Assembly (NCBI RefSeq): GCF_006345805.1
Contig: NC_043003.1
Span: forward strand, 116,622,001-116,686,000
Reading direction: 5' to 3'
DNA length: 64,000 nucleotides
Source of the DNA: Octopus sinensis
Lineage: Eukaryota
Shown in pieces: positions 24,666 to 38,342 of the stretch (the first letter of the stretch is position 1; each line of letters begins with the position of its first letter). Below the pieces are notes generated by a model, which saw only the letters and a program-made list of their open reading frames with translations, was not told where the DNA came from and ran no database searches. Both the position numbers and the translations under genes were made by a program.

Positions 24666-25549
24666 ATATATATAGATATTTACTTTGAAATCTCTGAGCG
24701 AAGAATATGCAGTAACAGTACCGTACAGTAAAGTCTATTTGCCAACGTAACCTGGCAATCCTACGCAGGATGATGTTACTACGTTTTAGCCCCAGAAAAA
24801 CATCTTTTCCAGCTGCCTGCCGACACATGATCGGTGTCCATATACTGTGAGCAAGGGAATCTACCGCTCCTCTTCTAGTCGCGGCGATACCTGTAGACCA
24901 GTTGTTTCTGGGAAATTTCCCTTCCTCTGTACAGGACAACCGCCGGTTACAGATAGCAGTCACTCGTTTATATATACATATACATATATGTATGTATATA
25001 CTGACACACCCAGATACATTTATTCATACATACAATTTCGAATCTTTGAATTATATATCTCCATATATGTATGCAGGTATCCATGCATTTATCAGGTTCG
25101 GGACGGAAGCTGTTCACTCACAAATAGTCACCACTGAAAAGGTTCAGGTAAATGTTGAGGATGAGAAATGAAAGGGTTGTTCATATACGGAGGAAGCCAT
25201 GCTTTTCTCTAATTTTCGTACTATGCTATGTATCATCGAACAAGTACGATCTGGCATCGAATTCTTTTACGCAAAACTCAGAATGACAAACAATGGCCAT
25301 ATTTACGACTGGGCTGTTAGATTACGTGAACTCTGCTCGTTAATTATAAATCCAGCAGATCGAGCACCGTGCTGCACTTTTCGCAGCAGGGCTTCACTGA
25401 TATATATTTCAGCGTTTCATGAGACACGGCCGTCTGCTTATTTAAATTACTCTGGTTTACAACTTCTTTTGAGGCGGTATCCTGTGAGATGAAAAACGAA
25501 ACAGTTGTTTTTGCTTTCACCCTGTGAAAATCCAATCTGATGAACGAGG

Positions 25550-25903
25550 TGTGAAGCCAACTTGTTCGTACCAATGGATCATTAAAAATCTCTCGTGGAA
25601 GCGCCATCCAACCAAAATGCAAATATATGGGAAACTACCACCTGTGTCATCTCTTTTGAAAGGTAGAAGAGTCCAGTTTGCTGGACATTGTTGTAGAGCT
25701 GAAAACGAGGTAATTTCTACTCTTCTCCTCTGGAAGCCATCTGCTCGCAATACCAGATGGCGCACACTCTCCTACCCTGATGTAATCTCCAGGGATACAG
25801 GCATCCAGCAACAGAACCTCCGTAATGCCATGATGGACCGTGAAGTCTGGCGTAGCATGGTAAATTCTATTGTCTCGACCATGGTTGAACAATGATGATG
25901 ATC
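25550..25903 (+). mobile_element. 5'-truncated RTE-type LINE 3' end with (GAT)n tail
   Basis: NLSWKRHPT..LPPVSSLLKGRRVQFAGHCCR..LLLWKP..LSYPDVISRDTG..AMMDREVWR; stop at 25895 runs into TGATGATGA. Confidence 0.8.
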
Positions 25904-26169
25904 ATTAAAAAAACGTTTGCCATTCTCTTGCAGGCATCGTGCGACTTACTTCTTAATGTATGCGCCAAATCGCCATGAACGAGAAGTATTTTGCATGTTT
26001 ATTTATCTTTTTACGACAGTCTTACAAATACCATTCTTTTACACAGACTGACATCAATATAATTCCATCTGGTAAGTTTAATACCCGAAAACATCGCGAT
26101 TGCTACGCGAAGTCTTTGTGGAACCCTTTGGCTTAGATAAAATGAATAAACGTAGTCTACATTTGTTTC

Positions 26170-27615
26170 AGCTTAATTCTGAGTAGTGTGTTGTGAGAAG
26201 CAATACATTGTCCCATCATAAACCCAAGTATTAAATTTATTTGTATCCACCATCGCTTACAACAGGATTATATTAATCGTGGTCTCCGTGTGAGCATCTG
26301 TATTTTAGATCGATCAATATCTACTACGAGCAAAGCTTAAGATGGACTTCAGGAATGCTTTTAAGAATATGCAGCGAACATTCGTCTAGCAACGTCATGA
26401 CCTGATGTTTAATATCAGATATCAAATATAAATTTATGGGATAACTACCAATATTCTGAACTTCAAAATACTTACCTAAAGGTATGTTCGATTAAAATAT
26501 ATCAGCCATATCTAGACATCCAATATGAATTATACCAGAACATGTTCAGCTCTTATTTACCGAGAAACAAAAGTTCTCATGACAGGAATATACCTTCAAA
26601 CAGTGAAAAGCACGGGCAATTAAGCATGATCATCAGATCTTTAGCTGTTTTTGAACAAAGAATTCCGAATCAATGTATAATTTTTTAATACAGTTATTTG
26701 TTCATCGCCTGTCAACTACCGCTCCTGTCCGTTCCAAAGAAGGATCTAATATAATCAGTGTTACAGAGGGTATTCTAGAATGGCGGATAACTCTTTACAC
26801 AGGCTTTATTTCAATGAGCCATAGGTAGAGAATCATGGGTGACCTATTGCAGCAACATAGGAGGCGCAATGGCCCAATGGTTAGGGCAGCGGACTCGCGG
26901 TCGGAGGATCGCGGTTTCGATTCCCAGACCGGGCGTTGTGTGTGTTTATTGAGCGAAAATACCTAAAGCTCCACGAGGCTCCGGCAGAGGGTGGTGGCGA
27001 CCCCTGTTGTACTCTTTCGCCTCAACTTTCTCTCACTCCACTCTTACTTCCTGTTTCTGTTGTACCTGTATTTCAAGGGGCCGGCCTTGTCACTCTCTGT
27101 GTCACGCTGAATATCCCCGAGAACTACGTTAAGAGTAGACGTGTCTGTGCAGTGATCAGCCACTTACACGTTAATTTCACGAGCAGGCTGTTCCGTTGAT
27201 TCGGATCAACCGGAACCCTCATCGTCGTAACCGACGGAGTGCTTCCATTGCAGCAACATATTATCAAGGAAATGGTTAATATTCCTCAGATGAAGACACT
27301 TATATCTGTCATTAAGTTCATCAATTCAGGGGAAATACTCGCATCTGATGACATAACGGTTCAGGTTTTTACACATGGTGAGATGTATTAGTTGATCATG
27401 TTGCAGCAATAATTGTCAATGGTAGTTGAATGGATGCAATACTGACTTCACTGTAGAAACTAATGTCTCAGGTAGCTATCGAGGTATTTCCAGATTTGTA
27501 ACATTTGGTGAAGTACCTCGAAGACATTTGCTGAATTGGATGTAGACATACATAGACAACATCTTTGTTCAAGAGTTTCATTGTGGATTTAGATCTTGTT
27601 GAAACACCACCGATG
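26170..27615 (+). mobile_element. Old RTE (BovB-like) LINE ORF remnant, interrupted by a SINE
   Basis: Broken frames: TAPVRSKEGSNIISVTEGILEW; IKFINSGEILASDDI; SYRGISRFVTFGEV; YIDNIFVQEFHCGFRSC*NTTD, resembling RTE linker and RT motifs. Confidence 0.65.
26860..27246 (+). mobile_element. SINE family A tail type 1 with perfect 14-bp TSD
   Basis: ATTGCAGCAACATA at 26846-26859 and 27247-27260. Confidence 0.95.
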
Positions 27616-27660
<45 letters not shown>

Positions 27661-27664
<4 letters not shown>

Positions 27665-27811
27665 CTGTGTGATAAGAAGTTTGCTTCCCAACCGCATCGT
27701 TCAGAGTTCAGTCCCACTGCGTTTCACTTTGGTCAAATGTATTCTACTATATATCCACGGTCTGACAAAAGCATTGCGAGCGGATTTGGTAACGCAAAAT
27801 AAAAAAAACGT

Positions 27812-27850
<39 letters not shown>

Positions 27851-28050
27851 GTTTGCGGGTTTATTCCCCACTACTGCTTGACAACCGTTGTTGGTGTGTT
27901 TAGGTCCCAGTAACTTAGCGGTTCGGCAAATGTGAGAGATAGAATAAATACCAGACTTTAAAAAAACCCACAGGAACGGTGGATGATTCATTTGCCTAAA
28001 AATTATTCAAGGCGGTACTCCATCCTGGCCGCACTCCAATGACTGAGACG
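27661..28050 (+). mobile_element. SINE family B (old, decayed)
   Basis: GGCTGTGTGATAAGAAG head, internal (TG)n, TTAGCGGTTCGGCAAA body. Confidence 0.7.
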
Positions 28051-28778
28051 ATTAAAGAATAAAATATAATTCATAGAATTCTAATTTTTACAACAAGTGA
28101 GAGATGTTATTTTAGAGACGCTCGATTTCTCTCCTATAAATCTATCAATCAGTAAAACTAGGCAATTAATTAATCGATCAAAATATCAATGATTCTACCT
28201 AGCAATTGATCTACTTGTAGGTCTCACCATACATTTATCTACCTGTCTACTTTTCTTAAAGATTTATTTCGCTGCACCTCGCTTTTCCCTTCATTTAAAA
28301 GATCAATAGTTCCTTCTGTTTTGGATATCATTCATTTCTGAAACAGGAATCAAGACAAAAGCAAACGAAATAAACCAGATAGAAAACAATAAAGATAAAG
28401 AAATAATAAAGAAAAAGGAATAAAGGTGAGGAGATGGCGAGGAGAGGAGGAGGATGATAAATTGAATATCACACATTGGCGAGCTTGGTTCATCTGTTCT
28501 TGAGGCTTAGGGTTGTTTATTCTTTCGTTTATAATTGTTTGAATAATATCTTTGTGAAGATTATCTCATCTCTTGCCAGGAGAAAGTTACACACCATATC
28601 AAACTGCCTCCAACCGAAATGTGCTAACATATCTGGAGACTTCGGTTAAAGATAATATCATAAGAAAAGTAAAGGAGTTATAAGAAATGAAAAGAATATA
28701 TCTAGAATATGGCGACATAAACCGAATTATATATATATATATATATATATATAATAGATCTATATATTATGTAATATG

Positions 28779-28828
<50 letters not shown>

Positions 28829-29163
28829 ATATATATATTATATTTTATATATGTTTGTATGTATGTATGTATGTATGTATGTATGTATGTATGAACTACG
28901 AAGGGAGAGAAAGGTTGGAAAGGAAAGATAGGAGAAAGACAGAGTAAGAATGAGCTAGAGAAGAAAAAGTGGTGAGAAAATACTTTTTGAAAGTCCTTCC
29001 GCTTATATTTCATGTTTGCCCATTGAATAATCCAAGTTTGTATTAAAACAAACGCTTGGAAAATGAGATAAGGTATATCGAAAAGAAAATATGCACAAAC
29101 GTTTACATTTGTCTCTATATGTATGCGAACGTGTGTATGTAAATCTGTATGTATATATCTATA

Positions 29164-29206
<43 letters not shown>

Positions 29207-29559
29207 CGTGTGTTTTGCTCAACCGTTCCGTGTATATGAATGTGAGTTTAGAGTGTTGATGATAGAGAGGAAATCAGAAAGAAAGCTGATAGAGAAAGAT
29301 AGAGAAAGAGAGATAGAGATAGATTGATGAGAGAGAGAGAGAGAGAGAGAGGCAAGTAAATAGAAAGACTGGGGCGAAATTGTTATTTATCTTATATGAG
29401 GAAAGAATAAAAGCGACAGATTTATTAAATTTGGTAAGGGAAAATGGAAGATACGCGGGAGAAGTTAGACAAATAGACAAGGTACACAGTGAAATAAAGT
29501 ACATAGTGATTAATGTACACAGCGAATAAATTACCCAGTGGACAAAGTACACATTAATA

Positions 29560-29930
29560 ATACTAATACTAATACTGATACTACTACTACTAATAATAAT
29601 AATGATAAAAATAATAATATAATAATAATAATATATGATAATAATAATAATGATAATAATAATAATAATAATAGTAATAATAATAGTAATAATAATAATA
29701 ATATAGTAATAATAATAATATAATAATAATAATAATAATAATGATAAATAATAATAATATAATAATGATGATAATATATAATAATAATAATAATAAAATA
29801 ATAATAAGAATAATAATATAATAATATATAATAATAATAATAATGATAATGGTGGTGTTGGTGATAGTAATAATTTTAATAGTGATTTATTCATAATAAT
29901 GATAATAACAATAATAATAACTATTATCAG
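29560..29930 (+). repeat. Long compound (AAT)n-based repeat
   Basis: Direct reading; no Dong insertion recognised inside. Confidence 0.9.
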
Positions 29931-30201
29931 ATTATTGAAATAAACAAATGGCAAGCATATATAATGCTGTGTTTCTATAAAAATGGAATATAAAGATTTT
30001 TGTTTTCAATAACAAATCAATAAAAAATATATAACGCCTGTAAATAAATTTCATTTGTAAGCAGAAACGATTTAAGAACGCCATAGAAGTGGAAAGAATT
30101 GAGGAGAAAGAAAACAAGCAAAATAGAATGGAACAGATTTGGAACTGTTAGGGATGTGTGCGTGTGTGTGTGTTTGTACGTGTGTGTGTGTGTGTGTACG
30201 T

Positions 30202-30238
<37 letters not shown>

Positions 30239-30400
30239 TGTGTATGTGTGTGTATGTCTATGATGGGTGGTGGTGGGCATATTTTAGAAATATTCAATGG
30301 AACAAAGGAAAAGTTTTAAAGCAGTAGGGTATATGATAACGAATAGAACAGCAACACGAACAACAATCTCAGCAACAACTAGAACTATAACAACGACAAT

Positions 30401-30432
<32 letters not shown>

Positions 30433-31011
30433 CGCATTTGAAAAACACAATGAAAGTATTAAAAAATAATAATAAGGATTTCTAGAAAGATAATATATTA
30501 ACATGGTGATCAGGAGAATCATGATGATGATGATGAGGAGGAGGATGAGGATGATGATGATATCGATGAAAATAAGAAAGATTTTGACAATGATGATGAA
30601 CATGGCGGTGGTCACCATCATTCTGATGTTGATGCTGGGGACTTCTAACTTAACAAATATCGATCGATAATTTGTATTTTTAATCATAATAATTATTATT
30701 AGTTTTGTCAGAAATATTATTATCGTAGTAACAATTGTGGTGGTGATGGTGGTGGTGGTGGTGGTGGGGGTGGTGGTGCTGCTGGTGGTGGTGATGGTGG
30801 TGCTTTTGCTGGTGCTGCTGGTGGTGGTGGTGGTCGTCGTCGTCGTCGTAGTAGTAGTAGTAGTAGTTGTAACTGTCCACTTGAAATTATATAGAAACCT
30901 ATTAGCCAAAGGGTGGGAAAAGTGAATTTCAAAAATAAGACAGATTCAAAAAAAAAAAAGCCAACGAAACAGCAATATTCTGGATTCCAGTGAATAAGAA
31001 AATAATACTGC

Positions 31012-31023
31012 ACGTACACACTT

Positions 31024-31083
<60 letters not shown>

Positions 31084-31330
31084 AACACACACACACACTT
31101 CCACACACACACACGCACGCACACAGACACACACACACACACACGCACACAGACACACACACACACTTCCACACACACGCACACACGCACACACTCGCAC
31201 ACACACGCACACACACGCACACACACAGACACACACACACACACACAGACACGCACGCACACAGACACACACACACACACACACACACATACACACACAC
31301 GCACACAGACACACGCACGCACGCACATGT
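31012..31330 (+). repeat. Compound (CA)n repeat
   Basis: Direct reading. Confidence 0.9.
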
Positions 31331-31888
31331 GCAAGATAGTGGCCGAAAGATATCTTCGTGCATTTCAATTTAGTTGGTTATTTGACGAAATATTTATTTA
31401 GCAAACACATTCTTGTCATCTTCATCAACAATAGAATGATAAAAAGACCATATTTGCCTTTTCTTCTTTGTTTAATTATTTTGCTGAGATTTCTTTCGTT
31501 TGTTTCTTTTATTTTTTTTTAACTGATTTATATTCTTTCTGCATTTTAATTTCTCATTTCTGTTTTTTTTTTACGTTTATTTTATGCAATTTTCTTTTTT
31601 AAACATTGCATGGACATTTATGCTGGAGGTTTTAGTTCCTAAGCGAGCAGCTGAGATAGAATTTGTAAATAAAATGACTGTGCTCTTGTAATGAATCCGC
31701 ATAAAATAATCGAAATTATCTCCAGAAGAACAGCATCAGCAACATTTTCATCGTCAGAATTAAAGAAGGGCTGCTGAGAAGAGAGATTGGAAGGGGAAAA
31801 AAATAACGTGTGAGAATATGTAAGAACCCGAGAATGAAGGACAACAATGGTACTAATATAGATGCTACTTAGATTACTAACAACCATT

Positions 31889-32890
31889 GAGGAAGGAGGA
31901 GAAGAAGAAGAAGAAGAAAGAAGAAGAAGAAAGAAGAAGAAGAAGAGAAGAAGAAGAAAAAGAAGAAGAAAAAAAGAAAAAGAAGAAAAGAAGAAGGAGA
32001 AGAAAAGAAGAAGAGAAAAAAAGAAGAAGACGGAAAGAAGGAGGAGGAGGAGGAGGAGTAGAAGAAGAAGGAGAATAAGAATAAGAAGAATAAGAAGAAG
32101 AAAGAAGAAAGAAGAAGAAGAAGAAGAAGAAGACGAAAAAGTAGGAGGAGAAGAAGAAGAAGAAGAATACTGAAAAGGAGGAGAGAGGAAGGGAGAGAAG
32201 AAGAAGAAGAAGAAAAGAAGAAGAAGAAGGAGAAAACGAAGGAAGAAGAGAAGAAGGAAAGAAGAAGAAGAAGAAGAAGGAAAAGGAGGAGGAGAAGAAG
32301 AAGAAGAAGAAGAAAGAAGACGGAAAAGGAGGAGGAGGTGAAGAAGAAAGAAGAAAGAAGAAGACGAAAAGGAGGAGAGAGGAGGAGAGGAAAAAGAAGA
32401 AGGAGAAGAAGAACGGAAAAGGAGGAGAGAAGAAGAAGAAGAAGACTGAAAAGGAGGAGGAGAGAAGGAGGAGAAGAAGAAAAGAATAGAAAAGAAGAAG
32501 AAGAAGGAGAAACGAAGGAGGAGAAAAAAAGAAAGAAGAAGAGAAGAAGAAGGAAAAGGAGGAGGAGAAGAAGAAGATAAGAAGAAGAAAAAGAACGGAA
32601 AAGGAGGAGGAGGTAAGAAGAAGAAAGAAGAAGAATCAGAAACGAAAAGGATGAGGAGGAGGAGGAGGAAAGAAGAAGAAGGAGAAGAAGAAGACGGAAA
32701 AGGAGGAGGATAAGAAGAAGAAGAAGAAAAGAAGAATAAGAAGAAGAAGAAGACGAAGAAGAAGGGGGGAGAGGATTGTGAGGAGGAGAGGAGAAAGGAT
32801 ACGAAGAAGAGAAGAAAAGAAGAGAAAAAGAAGAGGGAGAAGAAGAAGCAGAAGAAGAAGAAGAAGAAGAAGAAGAAGAAGAAGAAGAAG
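31889..32890 (+). repeat. ~1-kb polypurine (GAA/GGA) tract
   Basis: Direct reading; source of the 424- and 345-aa spurious ORFs. Confidence 0.95.
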
Positions 32891-33930
32891 CAATAATCGA
32901 TGTCAAAATTCATTCCGGAGGTCGTTGTCGTAGAGATTGTGAGGGTAATTGGGGTGGCCGTGTTAGACCCGTTTTTCTAATACTGAAATTACTAAACTAA
33001 ATCCAAAATACAAAAAACGTATTACCAAACCTAAATGTGCACAAACACCGAAGCGGTTGCGTAAGTGGTTAATGTAGCAAGATATGGTTCCTAACTTGCT
33101 GTGGATTCCGAAATATTAAACTGGCTCGATTCAGACGAACTTGCAGAAAGAGCAACTACCATAACAAGAAAATCAGAAAATATATTTCGGAAAATTAATA
33201 AGAAAACGGTTAGGTGAGCTATAAAAATGGACGGAAATAACAATAAACACACACCAAACGTCATTGATCTACAAACAATTTATGAACAATTGATTTTTGC
33301 CAAGGTGTTTGCCATGGTGTTAGCCGTCTCTAAACATAACCACAAAATTATTAACATTAATGTTAACATTAACATCGAAAGAACACACTACGGCTACAAG
33401 AAGTAATACTAGTTATGTAGCAGTAATGTTAGTTGTACAGTACTTACAAGATACTTTTTTACTTTACAGTGGAAACCACCTATTAAAACCAATCGAAACT
33501 ATATCGACGTTAAGAAGATCAGGGGAAAGATCTTTTATTGCAGTTCGCTGAACGATAAGAAAAACGATAGTTTATACAACCAAGCATCAATTATAACCAA
33601 GCACAACCACAAGAATATGACTTCTTACATTGCCGCCAGATCGCATTATTTTGTGTGAAGTGTCGGTCGTTGACTTATCGTTTTTTTTATATTCGATTGG
33701 TCGTTACATTCTCGATTATGGAAAGATACAGGTTAGCATTTTGAGTAGAAAGATTCGTAATTTGAACCTCGATTGCAATGGGAAATAACCAGAAAGAAAA
33801 TAATAAATAACTCCAACAAATTCAGCTTATTTATATGTGGTTTGTTGGCTTATTAGAAATAGTATCAAAATCTCCGTCAACTCTCGCCTTCAAATTTTCA
33901 AAATTCTAATCTTTATTAGATTTTATTAAA

Positions 33931-34120
33931 AGGACGGCGAACTAATAGGGTTCTTTGAACGCCGAACAAAATACTTGTTAGCACGTTCGGAGTTTAAATT
34001 CCATCAAAGTCAACGTTGCCCTTTATCCTTTCGGGGTCAATAATATAAGTAACACCGGGGTCGATAGAATTTACTCGCCCACACCCCCAAAATTTCTGGC
34101 CTCGTGTCAAAATTTGAGAC
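33931..34120 (+). mobile_element. SINE family C (decayed)
   Basis: GGACGGCGAAC head; TTTATCCTTTCGGGGTC and GGGGTCGAT motifs. Confidence 0.6.
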
Positions 34121-34397
34121 GGGTTTTAGATACTGTAATCATAAATATTCTCTTAACAGACGAATGGTCCCTATAAAACTACTTTGAACAAAAAGTATGT
34201 TTAATCAGTGTTTATTTGGAGGCTAAAAAACAACAATACAAAATCTAATAATAGTATAGCAATCTTACTATGGTTATTTTTAAATGCTGATACGAGAAAA
34301 CCATATTCATATGGACAAAGAAATCTTGGAATGAGGAATAGCGTTATGAGAATTGTTCTGGATAACATTCTTTTCTACTCTGGGCACACGACCCGAA

Positions 34398-34683
34398 ATT
34401 TTGGAAAGGGGACCAGTCGATTATATCGACTCCAATACACAACTGGTACTTAATTTATCGACCCCGAAAGGAAGAAAGGCAAAGTCGACCTCGTCGGAAT
34501 TTGAACTCAGAATGTAGCGGCAGACGAAATACTGCAAAGCATTTCGCCTAGTGTGCTAACGTTTCTTATTTCTCCATTGCCCACAAAGGGCTAAACACAG
34601 AGAGGACAAATAAGGACAGACAAAGGGATTAAGTCGATTACAGCGACCCCAGTGCGTAACTAGTTCTTAATATATCGACCCCA
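34398..34683 (-). mobile_element. SINE family C, rearranged/tandem fragments
   Basis: Two consecutive family C segments joined at GAAATAA|GAAACGTTAGCAC (minus strand). Confidence 0.75.
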
Positions 34684-34723
34684 AACACTACTTCGATTAA
34701 ATTTTTACCGATAGAGATCAGCA

Positions 34724-34797
34724 CCATTTGTCTCGGACTCCCATTTGTCTAGGACTCCCATTTGTCTAGGACTCCCATTTGTCTCGGACTCCCATTT
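34724..34797. repeat. 17-bp minisatellite CCATTTGTCT(C/A)GGACTC x4 plus partial
   Basis: Units at 34724, 34741, 34758, 34775. Confidence 0.95.
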
Positions 34798-37397
34798 TTC
34801 ATTTTATTTTATCATTTTATCATTTTATCTAGTTTCAGCTCACGAATTCTGCAATAATAAGAAAGAGTTTTATATGCACAAGGTCAGATAAGCGAACATT
34901 CTATTACATATATCATCAATACTCTACTGATCCTTATTTAATCGGTTGAAGAATAATGTAAGGCAAATTCCCTTTGGGTCACAAGACATTTTATTCAACG
35001 CGTCAATGATTCTGGTAATTTAACAACAACAACAAACACAAAAATGTCGACGACAACAATAACAATAGTAACAATAATTAAAGATAGAAATTGAGGAGAG
35101 AGCTTCGGGGGTTACACGGACCCCAGATTTTCACTGGTACTTTATATTATCATACACAAACGGCCCAAAAGCAAATTTGAATCTGTGCGATTTGAACCTA
35201 GATCACAATGAATTGGAAAAGTACTACAAGTTATTCCTCCGACGATTTAACAAGTCTACCGCTCCGAATTTATTTGTTTTATTGTATTTTTACTTAATTG
35301 CCACCACATTTATAAATGTATTAATATTTAATTCGTTACATTACGGCAGGCTCAATGTTGCAAGTCTCTAATAATTAACGTAATTATATGAGTTTCTAGA
35401 CCAGTTGAATGAGCGGCAAGGACACCAAAATCATGTTGGGAAGAGGTCATAGTTCATTTAATCAACCCACACTAATTGACGCGTATTTATAGCAACGACG
35501 CCAGCCGGACAGAAGAAGCAAAATTAACCACTGCGAAATGAGAAAACAGGATTTAACTAAATATCGCGAAAAAAACCCAACAAAAAACACTTTGTATAAT
35601 TTTTAATGTCTGTCATTAAAAGCTGTTCTGATAGGACACAAAACTATTTGCAACAATTACCATAAGTACCGTAATGGAAGCGGAGATAATAAAACCAATA
35701 GATGGTGTTATTTACTATCAGGTCAGCCTTAGACGGAGCATTTCATGATCAAACGCAAAATGATCGTGTCGTTTTTTATGCTATTTTTTCCTGCTATAGC
35801 CTTTACGTCATTTCTCTAAAAGAGTCTCTCTAAAATTACATTATCTTATGTTCTCATTTTTATAAGTTAGCATGAGGGAGATTTGGTTCTATTTTTAGTA
35901 TGGCAAGTAACTAAACAGTGGCTAATGTATGGCGAAACCTTTTTGTAAAACTTGCTGTGCCGTGCCAGTGATGACAAGTTGTCTTTATGATAAACGATAT
36001 CGTGACAAAAGTCAAATTGTCAAATCCTTGTAGCTCTAAAGATGTCCAGCGGAATATGAAGAATGTTCGGAGATAAAGAATAACAATATAATAGTGAAAA
36101 CAGTTGTGTTAACTTGCCATACAGGGTTCAACTAATTTCATAGAAGGCATTTCAGACACGAGGTTGGAATTATATCATTGTAATTTGTCACTGTAATCCG
36201 AACACTATTTATGAAGATATTCTGATTGCTGGGAAGAATTCAGGGCATGGAGAACAGTTTATTCTCAAACTTGAGCCATTTCTTTCTCATATATAATTAT
36301 GACAGGTTATGAAGATCAGCTTCAACAGCCACAAATTTCTCCATTTATTTAAGACTTCCTTTACATACATATTGACTCTCCATTAATCAAATCTACAACT
36401 CGCAAGTCTAAACCACAAGAAAAATACATCGTTTCTGATAGATTATTTTTACAATGATCCCAAACTACCATTTGCTTGAATTATTTAAAATAGAAATGCA
36501 CTAATGGATATTTCAACCTCTGTTAAGTTTATGCTTGTGAAATATCGTCCAACATAAACTGTACCATATTCTAAGAATACAGAAGTTTCTGTAAGCACTA
36601 TTTCTCAAGGAGATGCTTATTTCTCCTTCCATATTTCTAAGTTATCCCGGATGTTAAAATTGCATGGAATATTCAAAATTCCTTCTTTCTTCACTGGAGT
36701 GTTCAGACTTATGAGATAACCGATACTTTATCCAAACACATTTCCTAATCAGAATTCTAGTTATTCTGCTTGAAATTCATCATTCTCCCTTCCTCTAAAT
36801 CCATCTGTCATTAATGCAAACGAAATTCTTCTAACCGGCAGATGTTCGATAATTTCCCGTTCTGCATTGAGAATATTTATACCCCACTGACACTTTCCTC
36901 GTCTTTAGTAACTCCAATTCAAAACATCCCTTCATAATTCTTCGAGTCCTAACTTACTGACACTGATGTCACATTTGCTGACACTTTCACGAATTTGAAA
37001 TGCTGGTGGAAGTTATTCCGTCGTGTCACCTTGAAATATTCTAACCGGCTCGCTAAATTTCCAAATATATTCGGTCGATTTCTTAATTTAAAATCTATTT
37101 CTGAGATAACAGAATTTCTTTTCGTGCGTTCCGATCTAACTAATTAGTAATCAAAGAAGCTACTGACATCAGTCTGTTGCATCATAAAACTCAATCAGGA
37201 GAAGTTTTTATGTCTTCACGTTATCTAAGAGTTTAAAGCTGAAGGAATTTACTCTAATTTTCCTGGTCAGCAATTTCTAAAATTCTTGTGACCCGTTTCA
37301 GACAACTAAATATGTCAGTGACACCATTTCCCAATCCACAACCCCTGAACCCCTAACATATTCGAAGAAACACTCGTCCAGATGCCCCAAGTGGTTA

Positions 37398-37702
37398 TTT
37401 TTATTTTTGCTCCTTCTCAAGCTATGTCTGGCTCATAAGGGCCGGTTTCCCGGTTTCTTGGTGTATAGGTTCCCCACCTGGACGGGACGCCGATCCTTCG
37501 CAGGTGAGCTGCAAGATGCAGGAGGAAAGAGTGAGAGAAAGTTGTAGCGAAAGAGTCAGCAGAAGTTTGCCATTACCTTCTGCCGGAGCCGCGTGGAGCT
37601 TAGGTGTTTCGCTCATAAACACACACATCGCCCGGTCTGAGATTCCAACCCACGATCCCTCGACCGTGAGTCCGCTGCTCTAACCATTAGGCCATGTGCC
37701 TT
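37398..37702 (-). mobile_element. SINE family A, tail type 3
   Basis: Same head/core, then TTCCTCCTGCATCTTGCAG..GGCCCTTATGAGCCAG..GAGAAGG; TSD CAAGTGGTTA at 37388-37397 and 37703-37712. Confidence 0.9.
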
Positions 37703-38104
37703 CAAGTGGTTAATGGTATTGGTCAATTCGATTTCCTACACCACTGGTGAAAATGTCACTGTACCGCTGAGACATTATTTATCGAGCATTGCAACACAAG
37801 TAAAGCAACAGCAACGTCTTTAGAAGATGACTGAAGGATCGCATTTTTGTCAGTCGTTCTGTTAACTGTGTTGATGACAAAAGTGTCACAAAGTATCCTC
37901 GTCTTTGACAATAGTGTTCTTAAAGTTTTGCTTTTTAATCCGACTTATCACTCGCAGACAAAATCAACAATATTTAAATACACACAAATACATACATAAA
38001 TCAAAATATAATTCCTAATTCTGCTTCACCACGTCACTTGAGTTATATTTACACCTACACAAACACCAAGCAGAAAACATCATTTGATTTGTTTCAGCAA
38101 AACA

Positions 38105-38260
38105 GGCGCAGGAGTGGCTGTGTGGTAAGTAACTTGCTAACCAACCACATGGTTCAGTCCCACTGCGTGGCATCTTGGGCAAGTGTCTTCTGCTATAGCC
38201 CCGGGCTGACCAATGCCTTGTGAGTGGATTTGGTAGACGGAAACTGAAAGAGGCCTGTCG

Positions 38261-38342
<82 letters not shown>

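Noticed and set aside
24550-24963. Minus ORF containing WQIDFT (integrase-like)
   Set aside because: No HHCC or D,D35E context; runs into microsatellite.
30499-30652. Acidic, His-rich frame HGDQENHDDDDEEED..HGGGHHHSD
   Set aside because: Lies within decayed GAT/GGT triplet repeats; no convincing splice signals.
31639-31773. Minus-strand candidate exon behind a strong pyrimidine tract (QPFFNSDDENVADAVLLEII..)
   Set aside because: No homology recognised; pyrimidine tract may reflect the adjacent polypurine repeat; unsupported without RNA data.
31639-32913. Longest ORFs (424 aa, 345 aa) and the many poly-I/Y/H-T/V-C ORFs across the window
   Set aside because: Translations of microsatellites that lack stop codons in some frames; no domain content.
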